This document shows positions 18,358 to 28,232 of a stretch of DNA of 64,000 nucleotides, one piece after another (the stretch's first letter is position 1; every line of letters begins with the position of its first letter). Where the stretch lies: IMG/VR virus record IMGVR_UViG_3300031994_000001, positions 55,799 to 119,798 of that record. One strand, 5' to 3'. A program made the translations under genes and the position numbers. The DNA comes from a virus. Lineage: Duplodnaviria; Heunggongvirae; Uroviricota; Caudoviricetes. Under the pieces are notes generated by a model, which worked only from the letters and a program-made list of their open reading frames with translations, did no database searches and was not told the origin of the DNA.

Positions 18358-19563
18358 TTACTGATTCTTCTTTTGTATTAAAACTCTTGGGTATATGGAC
18401 TTTAATTTTCCGTCAATCAATAATGTTGGTCCAGCATTTAAGTCGCTGTATTTTGGGCTGTCGCTTTTCGTATAGACTTTTGTGCGATATTTGTAGTCAC
18501 CAGGACCGCGTTTTGCTATACCAACAATTTCAAATTGATTTGGATTATGATTAAGTAAAAACGTAATAGGAACACCCATAACGCCGTTGTAATCAATTGG
18601 AATACTATTCAAGTCATCAACATTTATTGCATCATAATTGTCATATTTGGGAAATTCAATTGGGTCGTATGTTTTTTGTTCTTGTGCATAAAACATTTCT
18701 TTTCGTCTATTGTGTTCGACATTTGTGAACCAATAGCACAGTCCACTCAATTTTTGATACACAACACCATCTATCATATATTGACTGCTTTCGTCAATAA
18801 CTTTATTTAATGGGGTTATGAAATCTTTTGGAGTTGTATAGCCAAGCCAAACTTGATTATTTTGTATGTATTTAAAAAAATCTTTATACGTTATGGCGTT
18901 TTTGTTACCAATAATGATAAAATTTTTTTTCAATTTCATAATTTGATTAACAAACTGACGAAATAAACTGAATGGCGGGTTGGTAACAATAACATCACAC
19001 TCTTTCATTATATCAACACACTCTTTGCTTGAAAAAGAGCCGTCACCCTTTAATTGCGTTACAACAAACTTACTTTCATCAACAAACATTGAATCTTCGC
19101 ATTCTCCATTGTATTCAAAAGCCAATCCGTTTATACCCAATTCTTTTTTCACGCCATTGCCATTTTTTATATATTGGGTAATTATAAGTTTTTTAATGCC
19201 CCAATCTTTAAAGTGGTATGTGAAAAAATTGACAAATTCACTTCTGCCTTTATTAAAAACTTTGTCGCAAGGCATATATATAACTTTTCCATTGAAAAAA
19301 TTTTTATAATGACAGAGTTCTTTATCTATATCGTCAAAGGTTGTATAGAACTCATCATATTTTTCCTTTTTTGCTGCCCGCAAATTGCTGTTTTTTTGTT
19401 TTAATGGCTTTCCAAGAAATTCAGAAAAATCAGCATTTGGAACTTTTTTAGGTGCAATGCTTTTTCCTTCCAAATTGTTTTTGGAAAATCCCTCTTTTAA
19501 ATGATATACTTCTTGTCCAAGTATGGGATTATATACTTTTTCAAAATGTTCAGATTTTTCCAT
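18358..19563 (-). CDS. Adenine-specific DNA methyltransferase, EcoRI-methylase family
   Basis: NLRAAKKEKYDEFYT, VIYMPCD, GDGSFSS.EC, VIVTNPPFSLFR, YDNYDAINV, GVMGVPITFL. Confidence 0.9.
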   Translation of the reverse strand: MEKSEHFEKVYNPILGQEVYHLKEGFSKNNLEGKSIAPKKVPNADFSEFLGKPLKQKNSNLRAAKKEKYDEFYTTFDDIDKELCHYKNFFNGKVIYMPCDKVFNKGRSEFVNFFTYHFKDWGIKKLIITQYIKNGNGVKKELGINGLAFEYNGECEDSMFVDESKFVVTQLKGDGSFSSKECVDIMKECDVIVTNPPFSLFRQFVNQIMKLKKNFIIIGNKNAITYKDFFKYIQNNQVWLGYTTPKDFITPLNKVIDESSQYMIDGVVYQKLSGLCYWFTNVEHNRRKEMFYAQEQKTYDPIEFPKYDNYDAINVDDLNSIPIDYNGVMGVPITFLLNHNPNQFEIVGIAKRGPGDYKYRTKVYTKSDSPKYSDLNAGPTLLIDGKLKSIYPRVLIQKKNQ

Positions 19564-19595
19564 AAGTTTAGATTTATAGTTAGCAAATTTATCAA

Positions 19596-19631
19596 GTCAC
19601 AGATGACCTAACATATCAAGTCATCTGTGAC
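19596..19631. repeat. Perfect 12-bp inverted repeat GTCACAGATGAC-N12-GTCATCTGTGAC
   Basis: Read directly; intergenic between DUF262-HNH and MTase genes. Confidence 0.85.
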
Positions 19632-19643
19632 ATAACTTATTTA

Positions 19644-21173
19644 TTATTTACTCTTTTTAATGAGTGGCACATATTTTTCGGGAGTTCCCTTTTTAACGCA
19701 TTCAATTAAACGTTTTTTCGCTTTCTTAACTTCCGCATCGGTAAATTTGTTTCCGTGCAACAGTTTCTCGTGGTTTTCTTTTGTTGTAATCAAAAGATTT
19801 TCGGGTACTGTTTTTCCGCCCAACGACCACATTACAATATGATGACAACAAAAATCTTTCGGGTCATCGTGTTTTTTACCGTCAACGGGGTCAATACCAC
19901 CAAATTCTTTAAATAAAGCATCTCTTTGGCTGATTGTGAAGTTTCGTATGCTTAACATTTTTTCATCCTCTTTTTTCTCACCGCGCAATACATATTCAAC
20001 GATTCTTGATAATGCGACAACATCGGGGTCTTGCATAAGTCTGTCAACACTTTTATTGATTTCCTTTTTTTCTTTAATTGTTATTTTTTTACCGCCATAT
20101 AAAGCGTAAATTCTCCCCCAATCGGTCAGTCTCGTTATTTTTGAATTTATTGTACTTTCGTCAAAAACAGAACGTACCCAATCAATAACTGTTTTATATG
20201 ATTCAATCAAATGTTCGGCATTTGGAGACTTATGATATTCCTCCAAATAAAATAAGATTCGTTTAGCCTTTAGTTTTGGAGTTTCTTTTGAATATGTCTC
20301 CCCAACCAACTCACCTTCGCCGTGTTCTATGAACCATTTGTTTTCACCACTTTCGATAGCCCATATCGCACTTGCCCAATCCAATGCAGTTTCTAACACA
20401 AGTTGCCTTTCAGCAGCCCTATTAAACATAAATGTATCATAATAATACCTACCGCCATCGTGTTTTTTATTAAACACGAAACCATTTGTATAGTTTGGCT
20501 TTGAAGATTTTGATATTTTTGAGAAATGGCGTTTTGCGTCCTCACACCATTCCCCCGTATATGCACAATTTCGTAACTCTTGTTCATTAAGCAATGATGT
20601 ATCACTGTTGATGATTGTAAACCATTCCATCAATTTATGTTCAGTACCCTTACATTCATTGATTGTTGGCTTATATTGTAAAAACTTTTCTTGAACGTCC
20701 CTTGGCAATTGTCTAAATAACATAAGTTTTCCACTTTGGTCGTTGATGTATTTGCCATATTTTACTTTTATTTTTCCGTCAAGGAAGTTAAATAGTGTCA
20801 ATAATCTTTGTTGTCCATCAACAACACAGCAATCATTTGTCGCTGTGTTATATCCGAAATACATCTGTCCAATCGGATAACCTAAACTCACGCTATTCAA
20901 CAACTTTGATTGCCATTTTTTATTTTCTTTAACAACATACCCCCTTTGAAATTTTGGACGAATTATAAGTTTTCCGTCCAAAGCGACAACACTACCGTCA
21001 ACATCGTCAGACGTATCAGAAAATCCTCTGTAAAGTTGTCCCAATGTAGGTTCTTTACCATCAATTTCAAATTTATTGACGGTAAAATTTTGTTGAAATC
21101 CAACATTGTTAGTTGCATTTGTGTTTGACACTTGGTTGTTCTGTTTGCTGCTTACTTTTTTTGTCTCTTTCAT
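19644..21173 (-). CDS. DUF262 (GmrS-like) plus C-terminal HNH endonuclease
   Basis: IRPKFQRGYV, VVDGQQRL, F..IN...LNEQELRN, C-terminal HHIVMWSLGGKTVPENL...H. Confidence 0.85.
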   Translation of the reverse strand: MKETKKVSSKQNNQVSNTNATNNVGFQQNFTVNKFEIDGKEPTLGQLYRGFSDTSDDVDGSVVALDGKLIIRPKFQRGYVVKENKKWQSKLLNSVSLGYPIGQMYFGYNTATNDCCVVDGQQRLLTLFNFLDGKIKVKYGKYINDQSGKLMLFRQLPRDVQEKFLQYKPTINECKGTEHKLMEWFTIINSDTSLLNEQELRNCAYTGEWCEDAKRHFSKISKSSKPNYTNGFVFNKKHDGGRYYYDTFMFNRAAERQLVLETALDWASAIWAIESGENKWFIEHGEGELVGETYSKETPKLKAKRILFYLEEYHKSPNAEHLIESYKTVIDWVRSVFDESTINSKITRLTDWGRIYALYGGKKITIKEKKEINKSVDRLMQDPDVVALSRIVEYVLRGEKKEDEKMLSIRNFTISQRDALFKEFGGIDPVDGKKHDDPKDFCCHHIVMWSLGGKTVPENLLITTKENHEKLLHGNKFTDAEVKKAKKRLIECVKKGTPEKYVPLIKKSK

Positions 21174-21210
21174 TGCTTTAATTTTTAAAGGTTAATACTG
21201 AAATCATTTA

Positions 21211-21283
21211 CGCTGCAAAAATACAAAAATTTTTATACGCTCAACATTTTTTCTGAAAAAAGTTATCAACAAAGTTATCAACA
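21211..21283 (-). promoter_or_regulatory. Conserved early promoter copy 2, driving DUF262-HNH/MTase
   Basis: GTTATCAACA at 21262 and 21274; CAAAAATA at 21216-21223. Confidence 0.8.
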
Positions 21284-21334
21284 ATTACACGGGGTCGTTC
21301 CGAGCCGAACACGTTGTCGCACTTATATATGAGA

Positions 21335-21355
21335 TATAAATAATCTTTATAAATA
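21335..21355 (+). promoter_or_regulatory. Two late promoters TATAAATA upstream of portal
   Basis: Exact consensus at 21335 and 21348. Confidence 0.7.
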
Positions 21356-21380
21356 ATCTATAACTTCAAAATTTAGGACA

Positions 21381-23075
21381 ATGGCAGGCTTTATAACCAC
21401 AAGAAAAGACCCAAGGACATACGCCACGACCAACCGAGTGTCGAAGATGCTGCGTAAGATAAGCAACCTCGGTATGGACTTTGACGGCAAGGTGTTCAAA
21501 AACTCAAAGGCTATCGGTCTATACGATGTTGACCCGACAACTCCGAACACGCAGATATTCCAATACGAGGATTCGATATACGACATATTCCAAGGGTTCT
21601 CGTACACCGACCCGTCTATGCACAAGAACGTGTCAATCTATGACCAACGCTATGACGACAGAAAGAGAAACGAGTTGCGCAGACTTGCCGTGCAGGACGA
21701 GATTGAGGATATTCTTGACATTATCACCGATGACGCGATATGCTACAACAAGAACGGTGTGTTCTGTGAATTGCTGTACGACAAAACACTTTTGTCTGAC
21801 GAACTGAACGAGGAAATCAACGACATATTCAACAGCATATATTCTTATTTAGGATTTTGGGACCAGAATATGGCGTGGGGCTATTTCCGCAAGTTCCTCA
21901 TAGAAGGATTCCTTGCGTTTGAAATAATCTATGACGGCGAGCCTAACAAACCCGAAACGCAGCGCAATATCATCAACTTCAAGGAACTTGACATCCTCTC
22001 GTTGATACCCGCCGTTTCGCAGGAGACGGGTGAGAAGATTTGGATTCAGTATCCGAATGACCCTGCCCGCCAAAGGGTGCTTTTCGATTCGCAGGTCATC
22101 TACATAAGTTACGCGCAGTTCGACAGCGCGAGCCGTGTGTCATACGTTGAGCGTCTTTCAAGGGCGTTCAACCTGCTCCGTATTATGGAGGCTACCCGTA
22201 TTATGTGGGCTGTCACCAATTCAAGTTACAAGACATTGTTCACAATCCCCGTGGAGAGTTATCGTAACCGTGGTCAGCAGACCCTTGCGCAGATGATGCA
22301 CAACTACAAGGAGATTATTGACTTCAACGAGGAAAGCGGTGAATTGTTTGTCAATGGAAGACCTATGATGCCGTTCAGCAAGGAATATTGGTTTCCGAGT
22401 GTCGGCGGAGAAAGTCCGAGCATACAGACGATTGGAAATGACGGTCCAGACCTCTCGGATACGGAAGCCCTTAACTATTTCAAACAGAAACTTTGGCAGA
22501 CAAGCAAGATTCCGTTCACCCGTTTCGACAACACGCAGGGCAGGGGCAGTTACGCGCTCAACACGGAATCAATGATGCGTGAGGAAGTGAAGTTCAACAA
22601 CTTCGTAAACCGTCTCCGCAGCATATTCAAGGAAATGCTCGTCAAGCCTATCTACATACAACTTTGTCTGAAGCATAAGGAGTTTTCAACCGATGTTTCA
22701 TTCCGTAACTCACTCACCCTTGACTTCGTGTCGGATAACGTGTTTACCGAAATGCGTGAGATTGAGGTGTTGCAGAAGAAATCCGAGTTCATTTCCGCTA
22801 TGATGCAGAACCTTGTTACGCAGGACAGCGATGGCAATGACGTTCCTTACTTCGACCTTGACTTCCTTGTTATGAGATTCAGCGGACTGTCACAAGAGGA
22901 CATTGAATCCAACAAGAAATACAAAGAGCGCAAGAAACTTGAAAAAGAGGGTTATAAGGATGAGGATATTGAGGAAATACTGAACGGCGAGCCGAAGAGT
23001 AAGTTCAAAGCCGAGAAGAAAGAGGAAAAGAAAGACGAGGGCGAGGAAGAAGAAGGCGGAGGGTTCTCACTCTAA
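21381..23075 (+). CDS. gp20: Portal protein, T4 gp20-like
   Basis: LRRLAVQDEIEDILDIITDDAI, FRKFLIEG, SYVERL.RAFNLLRIME, EYWFP, REEVKFNNFVNRLRSIF. Confidence 0.9.
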   Translation: MAGFITTRKDPRTYATTNRVSKMLRKISNLGMDFDGKVFKNSKAIGLYDVDPTTPNTQIFQYEDSIYDIFQGFSYTDPSMHKNVSIYDQRYDDRKRNELRRLAVQDEIEDILDIITDDAICYNKNGVFCELLYDKTLLSDELNEEINDIFNSIYSYLGFWDQNMAWGYFRKFLIEGFLAFEIIYDGEPNKPETQRNIINFKELDILSLIPAVSQETGEKIWIQYPNDPARQRVLFDSQVIYISYAQFDSASRVSYVERLSRAFNLLRIMEATRIMWAVTNSSYKTLFTIPVESYRNRGQQTLAQMMHNYKEIIDFNEESGELFVNGRPMMPFSKEYWFPSVGGESPSIQTIGNDGPDLSDTEALNYFKQKLWQTSKIPFTRFDNTQGRGSYALNTESMMREEVKFNNFVNRLRSIFKEMLVKPIYIQLCLKHKEFSTDVSFRNSLTLDFVSDNVFTEMREIEVLQKKSEFISAMMQNLVTQDSDGNDVPYFDLDFLVMRFSGLSQEDIESNKKYKERKKLEKEGYKDEDIEEILNGEPKSKFKAEKKEEKKDEGEEEEGGGFSL

Positions 23076-23103
23076 CGACTTATATATAACACATAAATAA
23101 GCA

Positions 23104-23679
23104 ATGAAAATACTCAAGTCCGAGCAATATATAAACGAGAAACTGAACATTAAACCCGTTTCAAAGGATAGGCTTTCTGAATTGTGTAAAGAACCCGAAT
23201 TTGATGATAAAACAAAACAATTCATAGAAGACAACAATTTCGTATGGAATACATCAACAAGAAGTTATGATTGTGACGGAGACGTTGAAATTACAAACGA
23301 TATAGTGTCTGACGGTAAACTTAAAATAAGATTCGGGAAAGTAAACGGTGATTTCGTTTGCATAAATCGTCTGACAACTCTTGAAGGCGCACCGCAGGAA
23401 GTCGTTGGTGATTTTTATTGTATTAATAACAAATTGACAACTCTTGAAGGCGCACCGCAGAAAGTAAGCGGTGATTTTGTTTGTAGCGGAAATCATCTGA
23501 CAACTCTTGAAGGCGCACCGCAGAAAGTAGGCGGTGATTTTATTTGCAGTAGTAACAATTTGACAACGCTTGAAGGCGCACCAAATGAAGTCGGCGGAAA
23601 TTTTTATTGCAGGAATAACCAAAACCTTGTTCTACCGAAAAATAAACCAAGTTGGATTAAAGGAAAAATAATACAATAG
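23104..23679 (+). CDS. Leader-family LRR-like protein (4 repeats)
   Basis: MKILKSEQYINEKLNIKPVSKDRL; LTTLEGAP repeats; C-cap LVLPKNKPSWIKG; CATAAATA just upstream. Confidence 0.85.
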   Translation: MKILKSEQYINEKLNIKPVSKDRLSELCKEPEFDDKTKQFIEDNNFVWNTSTRSYDCDGDVEITNDIVSDGKLKIRFGKVNGDFVCINRLTTLEGAPQEVVGDFYCINNKLTTLEGAPQKVSGDFVCSGNHLTTLEGAPQKVGGDFICSSNNLTTLEGAPNEVGGNFYCRNNQNLVLPKNKPSWIKGKIIQ

Positions 23680-23682
23680 ATT

Positions 23683-24384
23683 ATGGAAATACTCAAGTCC
23701 GAACAATATATAAGCGAGAAACTGAACATAAAACCCGTTTCAAAGGATAGGCTTGATTCGTTTAAAGAATCAGAAGTTGACGATAAAACAAGGCAATTCA
23801 TAGAAGATAACAATCTCGTATGGAATCCATTAGCAAAATGTTATGATTGTGATGGTGACGTTAGGATTTCAAAAGACATAGTGCTTGACGGTAAACTTAA
23901 AATAAGATTCGGACACGTTAAAGGGAATTTTGGTTGCTTTGATATAAAACTGATAACTCTTGAGGGCGTACCGCAGAAAGTCGGCGGGAATTTTGATTGC
24001 AGTTCTAACGAACTCACAACACTTGAATACGCACCGCAGGAAATCGGTGGTGATTTTTATTGCAGTCATAACGAACTTACAACCCTTGAAGGCGCACCAA
24101 ATGAAGTCGGAAGCGGTTTTGATTGCAGTAGCAATAAACTTACAACCCTTGAAGGCGCACCGCAAGAAATCGGTGGTGATTTTTATTGTATTAATAACAA
24201 ATTGACAACTCTTGAAGGCGCACCACAGAAAGTAAGCGGTGATTTTGTTTGTACTTTCAACAAATTAACAAACCTAAAAGGCGCACCGCAGACAGTCGGC
24301 AGTGATTTATATTGCCGTAATAACCCAAACCTTGTTCTACCGAAAGAAAAACCAAGTTGGATTAAAGGAGAAATTAAAAAATAA
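23683..24384 (+). CDS. Leader-family LRR-like protein (6 repeats)
   Basis: MEILKSEQYISEKLNIKPVSKDRL; same N-cap and C-cap. Confidence 0.85.
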   Translation: MEILKSEQYISEKLNIKPVSKDRLDSFKESEVDDKTRQFIEDNNLVWNPLAKCYDCDGDVRISKDIVLDGKLKIRFGHVKGNFGCFDIKLITLEGVPQKVGGNFDCSSNELTTLEYAPQEIGGDFYCSHNELTTLEGAPNEVGSGFDCSSNKLTTLEGAPQEIGGDFYCINNKLTTLEGAPQKVSGDFVCTFNKLTNLKGAPQTVGSDLYCRNNPNLVLPKEKPSWIKGEIKK

Positions 24385-24407
24385 TATAAATATATCATAT
24401 ATAAGAA

Positions 24408-24914
24408 ATGGACAACCCATCATTGACAAAGAAGCCGAAGATTGAAACGCCCGATGGCGTGTTCTTGGATATTTCCGCCCCAACGGTGAACTACGAACTG
24501 TTGACGGAAATAACAGACAGCGTGCATTTTGTACAAAGCGGTGAGGAAATGAGGATTGACAAAATTGCAAACCGCTACTACGGCGATTGCTCAAAAATGG
24601 ACGCTATTATGTGGGCTAACAACATATACAACCCGTTTGCCATTGACGTGAGTGACTATATCTGCATACCGAGGGTTGGCGATGAATCCGTGACTTATGC
24701 AAAGACACCACAGAAACCGAAGAATCCCGACAGACCGCAGGCAACGACAAGCGAGAAAATTACTTCCGCTGCGGAGAAACTGAACGGAAGCACGGCATCC
24801 GCATTGAAAGAACGGGAAGAAAAACGCGGCAGGGTGAAACGCCCAACGAATATGCTCGGAACAAACGAGAAATCAAAACACGTTGAGGGCGGCTCTATCG
24901 TTCTCGGAAACTGA
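24408..24914 (+). CDS. Baseplate wedge protein (gp53-like / LysM-type)
   Basis: VQSGEEMRIDKIANRYYGD...IMWANNIYNPF...ICIP; TATAAATA at 24385-24392. Confidence 0.75.
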   Translation: MDNPSLTKKPKIETPDGVFLDISAPTVNYELLTEITDSVHFVQSGEEMRIDKIANRYYGDCSKMDAIMWANNIYNPFAIDVSDYICIPRVGDESVTYAKTPQKPKNPDRPQATTSEKITSAAEKLNGSTASALKEREEKRGRVKRPTNMLGTNEKSKHVEGGSIVLGN

Positions 24915-24920
24915 TAAGGA

Positions 24921-25127
24921 ATGAAAGAGTTTAAGGTTTGGATAGCAAAGGACGATGACGGCAGGGTTTTCCTGCACACGAAAAAACCGAAGCGGAACAA
25001 ACTCGGAGGCGGCTGTTATCTGTCGCTTCCCTACAAGGAAATGGTTGATGTCAGCGGAACAGTGTTCGAGCGTATGCTGAACGACAGCGGCAAGACCATA
25101 ATCAAACTCAACTTGATACAGAACTGA
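24921..25127 (+). CDS. Small hypothetical phage protein
   Basis: VWIAKDDDGRVFLHTKKP start; followed by terminator. Confidence 0.6.
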   Translation: MKEFKVWIAKDDDGRVFLHTKKPKRNKLGGGCYLSLPYKEMVDVSGTVFERMLNDSGKTIIKLNLIQN

Positions 25128-25156
25128 ACATTCAGATATACAGCAAATGCAAAACA

Positions 25157-25187
25157 GAAAAAGCCTTCCAAATCGGAAGGCTTTTTC
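25157..25187. terminator. Bidirectional terminator
   Basis: GAAAAAGCCTTCC-AAATC-GGAAGGCTTTTTC. Confidence 0.85.
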
Positions 25188-25240
25188 GTTGCACGTGAGT
25201 GCAGTTGCCAGGTCGGGGTTTTAGTATTTATAAGAGCAGA

Positions 25241-26278
25241 TTACAGATAAACAAGGTCAAACGAATCGTTTGAAAAATAGTTGTCAATCTCTGCAAAATC
25301 AAACTTTATTCTGTTTTTGACAAGATATATCACAAGGTCATTGAAGTCCTTTATATCGCCGTCAAAACCGTGTTCCTTGAGGAATTTCGCCCATAGGAAA
25401 ACATACTTGCCCTCCTTTGCCTTCTCTATCGTGCGCTTGTACGCTGCGGGGTCGTTGTCGAAGAAATACCTTGTGTTCGGCAACGATTCAACAAGTTCAA
25501 ACCGTCTGCCGACACCGCTTATGCCAATGCTGTTCGGCAGGAAGAAACTGTCAATGCCGCCCTCGAACACATACACCTTGCCCATAAGGTTGGTGTTGGT
25601 TATGTTGAACGTCATACTCGTTTGGTTGAGCGCATTTATCGCTTCCTCATTTTCTATCGGGAACGGTATATCCTTTTTTGCGTATATCTTCGCTATGTTG
25701 TATGTTCTGTATTTTGTGAAGTCGGGGTCGAATGACCTTATCTGAAAACCGCAGATACGACCGCTTTGCGTGAGGTTCAGAACATACAGTTCGTTGCGGT
25801 ACGAATTGTATAGGAATTTGTCAAGATGCTTGCCGAGACACCTGCCTTTCAGATAGTCGTACATCTTGCCGCCCGTTATCTCGTGCAGTTTATACATAGA
25901 CTTCAACTGCGAGCGGGTGAATGCGATTTCGTCAATCTTCTTGAACAGTTCGAGGTCGAATGTGTAGTTGCGCTCCTTTTTCTTCGTGCGGATTATATTG
26001 ACCGCCGTGTCCATAGTGCTTCCCGCACTAACTCCGAAATCGTGCAGGAAGCCCATATAGTCGGTGTGTCTGTCGCAGTTGAAGCAATGGAACGTGAGGT
26101 TGGATAGGAAAATATTGGCTCTTTTCTTGCGCAGGTTTTCGGAGTCGCCGCAATAAGGGCAGGCAAAGTTAAGTCTATCCTCGTATTCAAGAATATTCCG
26201 CTTTTCGCTTTCGTGAAAAGTATCGTCAAGAACCTCTTGAATCTTGTCCTTCAGATTCCGTATTTCCTCGCGTTCCAT
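25241..26278 (-). CDS. DNA primase, T4 gp61-like
   Basis: Zn finger FACPYCGDS...FHCFNCD; TOPRIM VYVFEGGIDSFFL, FFDND, KDFND. Confidence 0.9.
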   Translation of the reverse strand: MEREEIRNLKDKIQEVLDDTFHESEKRNILEYEDRLNFACPYCGDSENLRKKRANIFLSNLTFHCFNCDRHTDYMGFLHDFGVSAGSTMDTAVNIIRTKKKERNYTFDLELFKKIDEIAFTRSQLKSMYKLHEITGGKMYDYLKGRCLGKHLDKFLYNSYRNELYVLNLTQSGRICGFQIRSFDPDFTKYRTYNIAKIYAKKDIPFPIENEEAINALNQTSMTFNITNTNLMGKVYVFEGGIDSFFLPNSIGISGVGRRFELVESLPNTRYFFDNDPAAYKRTIEKAKEGKYVFLWAKFLKEHGFDGDIKDFNDLVIYLVKNRIKFDFAEIDNYFSNDSFDLVYL

Positions 26279-27216
26279 CAGTGAGCCTGCACGTCAGCCT
26301 CGTGCAGAAGCATAAGGTTTTCCTTGAATTGCTTTGGCGCGTTAGCCAAATCCTTTTCCATTTTCTTCTCATTGTTCTTCCAATTCAGCAACGGGTGCAT
26401 ATGGAAGTAGATGAGGTTGGCAAGGTAGGTCTTGCGCTCGTTGCCGTATTCGGTGGCGTAGAACACGCTGTCATACGCACCAACGCAGTGGTGCTGGTAG
26501 AAGTGGCATTCCTCGGTTATGTTGCCGTTGTGGTCTTTGAACGATGCCGTGAAAATCTTGCCGTTGTCGTGCAGCATAGCCGCAAGGCAGACAACCTCAT
26601 CGTCACAACGCTCTTTCACATAGTCAAACGCACTCATACAATGCGCACCGAGTGTCAGAGTGTGGTGCTTGTTGTGCTGCTCGAATGGCATAGCCTTCTC
26701 GAAGAATCTGTCAACGGTGTATTCCCGCATACAGTCCTCAACACGGTCGGGGGTGTTGATGAGAATGTCGTCAAACCCTTCCTCGTAGCCTGGGGGCGCG
26801 AAGTTCAGATACATTCGTCTGATGACGAACTCGCCGACTTTTCTGCTTCTGCCCTTGTCTCTGCGCAGGCACTCTTGGTACGGCACGGCAACCCAAAACG
26901 CGACAATCTCGAACTCGGTATTGACCTTTTGGCGCATTTCCTTGATAAACGGGATTCTGTATTTTTTGCGCAGGTTGGTCGCATCGAATATAACGGTGTC
27001 GTAGTTTCCGTTGAGTGCGTCAATCATACGGGTCTTTGCAATGCTGAACACCTTGTTCGGGTCGCCCTGCTCGCTTTCGCTGCCGTACAGTTCGCCGCGA
27101 ATCGCATCGGTTGACACGATAAGTGTTTTGTCGGTTGCATCGTTGGTTTTGATTTGCGAGGCAACGGTGCTTTTCCCGCTGCCTGGCAATCCAATCATCA
27201 CTAAAAGTCTTTTCAT
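26278..27216 (-). CDS. Polynucleotide kinase (P-loop) fused to HD domain
   Basis: IGLPGSGKST, FDATNL...R, HTLTLGAH...MLHDNGK; start moved to MKRLLV. Confidence 0.85.
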   Translation of the reverse strand: MKRLLVMIGLPGSGKSTVASQIKTNDATDKTLIVSTDAIRGELYGSESEQGDPNKVFSIAKTRMIDALNGNYDTVIFDATNLRKKYRIPFIKEMRQKVNTEFEIVAFWVAVPYQECLRRDKGRSRKVGEFVIRRMYLNFAPPGYEEGFDDILINTPDRVEDCMREYTVDRFFEKAMPFEQHNKHHTLTLGAHCMSAFDYVKERCDDEVVCLAAMLHDNGKIFTASFKDHNGNITEECHFYQHHCVGAYDSVFYATEYGNERKTYLANLIYFHMHPLLNWKNNEKKMEKDLANAPKQFKENLMLLHEADVQAH

Positions 27217-27217
27217 A

Positions 27218-28231
27218 TTAAACGTGTTTTCTGATGTCAATGATAATGTCGTTGATAAGGTTGCGGTCAACCTTTTCGGGAATCGTTGAGTTCTTTGTCG
27301 CAGTCTCCATTTCGGCGATTTTCTTTTCGAGCATTTCCATAAGTTCGTCATACTCGAATTTGTGCGCACGGATGTCAAGCAGGAACTTGTCGTCAATACC
27401 CTTACGGTTCACAATATAGTCGCCACCGTTGGCGATTTCAATGCAGGTATGGATGAGTCTGAAGCACTCGCTCATATTCTTCGCGTCATAGTTCTTGTTG
27501 AGGTTGGACTGATAACGCACGGGGTTTCTGTTTTTCTCCCACTCCTTGTAACGCTTGTAGTCTGTGCAATGTTTCGAATAGGCATCCTTGTTGAAAAACA
27601 AAGTTGAGATTGCTTTCAGACCTTTCGGCAGGTTGTTGACGTGGACATCGTTTGCATTGGGTTTGCAGAACCCGCCTGGGTACAAGAACACGGCGTATGC
27701 GTCTCTTGCGTGGTTCATTTTCGCCAACGAAATGTCGTTTTCGGTAAACCCGTGTTTCTTCAGCCATTCATCAACGCTGATGGTGTCGTTGCCGTCAACC
27801 ATATAGCAGAAGTCTCTCGGAATCTTGCGTTCCACAATGGGCTGCACAATCATTTTGTTGAGACCGCGAGCCTTCTTGATTTGGTTGATTGCATAACCGC
27901 CGAATGGCATAAAGCACTCTTTCGTCAGAAATTCCTGCTTGTTTTCGATGAACGGGGCAAACAGAGGACTTTGTTCAAGGACAAACTCCTCGTCAACGAA
28001 AAGGCTTTCAAGGACTGTCGGGTTAGATGTGGAAAGCAGTCTGCCGAACTTGTTTAGTTCGTAATAAACGACATCGTGTTTCTCGTCACTGACTTCCTCT
28101 TGATAATCAAGTCCGAGACCGAGCAGGTCGTTGTTGTCGCACACGAACACGCCGCCCATATCCGTATCGGACTGCGGCGTTGAGATTCCGTGAGCCTTGC
28201 TCCCTCTGATGTATTTGTAAAGCGTGTTCAT
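27218..28231 (-). CDS. Pol-beta-like nucleotidyltransferase (T4 NrdC.11-like family)
   Basis: RGSKAHGISTPQSDTDMGGVF, YELNKF..LL..SNPTVLESL, YDAKNM. Confidence 0.85.
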   Translation of the reverse strand: MNTLYKYIRGSKAHGISTPQSDTDMGGVFVCDNNDLLGLGLDYQEEVSDEKHDVVYYELNKFGRLLSTSNPTVLESLFVDEEFVLEQSPLFAPFIENKQEFLTKECFMPFGGYAINQIKKARGLNKMIVQPIVERKIPRDFCYMVDGNDTISVDEWLKKHGFTENDISLAKMNHARDAYAVFLYPGGFCKPNANDVHVNNLPKGLKAISTLFFNKDAYSKHCTDYKRYKEWEKNRNPVRYQSNLNKNYDAKNMSECFRLIHTCIEIANGGDYIVNRKGIDDKFLLDIRAHKFEYDELMEMLEKKIAEMETATKNSTIPEKVDRNLINDIIIDIRKHV

Positions 28232-28232
28232 T

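Noticed and set aside
23406-24253. Near-identical 80-bp pair as a possible DGR template/variable repeat
   Set aside because: Only one mismatch, both copies are inside coding repeats, and no reverse transcriptase is in the window; simple module duplication explains it
15900-24330. 66-bp periodic repeats that could be taken for a CRISPR array
   Set aside because: They are in-frame coding LRR modules with no constant repeat plus unique spacer structure, and no cas genes are nearby
25225-25232. Minus-strand TATAAATA just downstream of the primase gene
   Set aside because: No minus-strand gene follows and a terminator lies ~40 nt downstream; probably chance in AT-rich DNA
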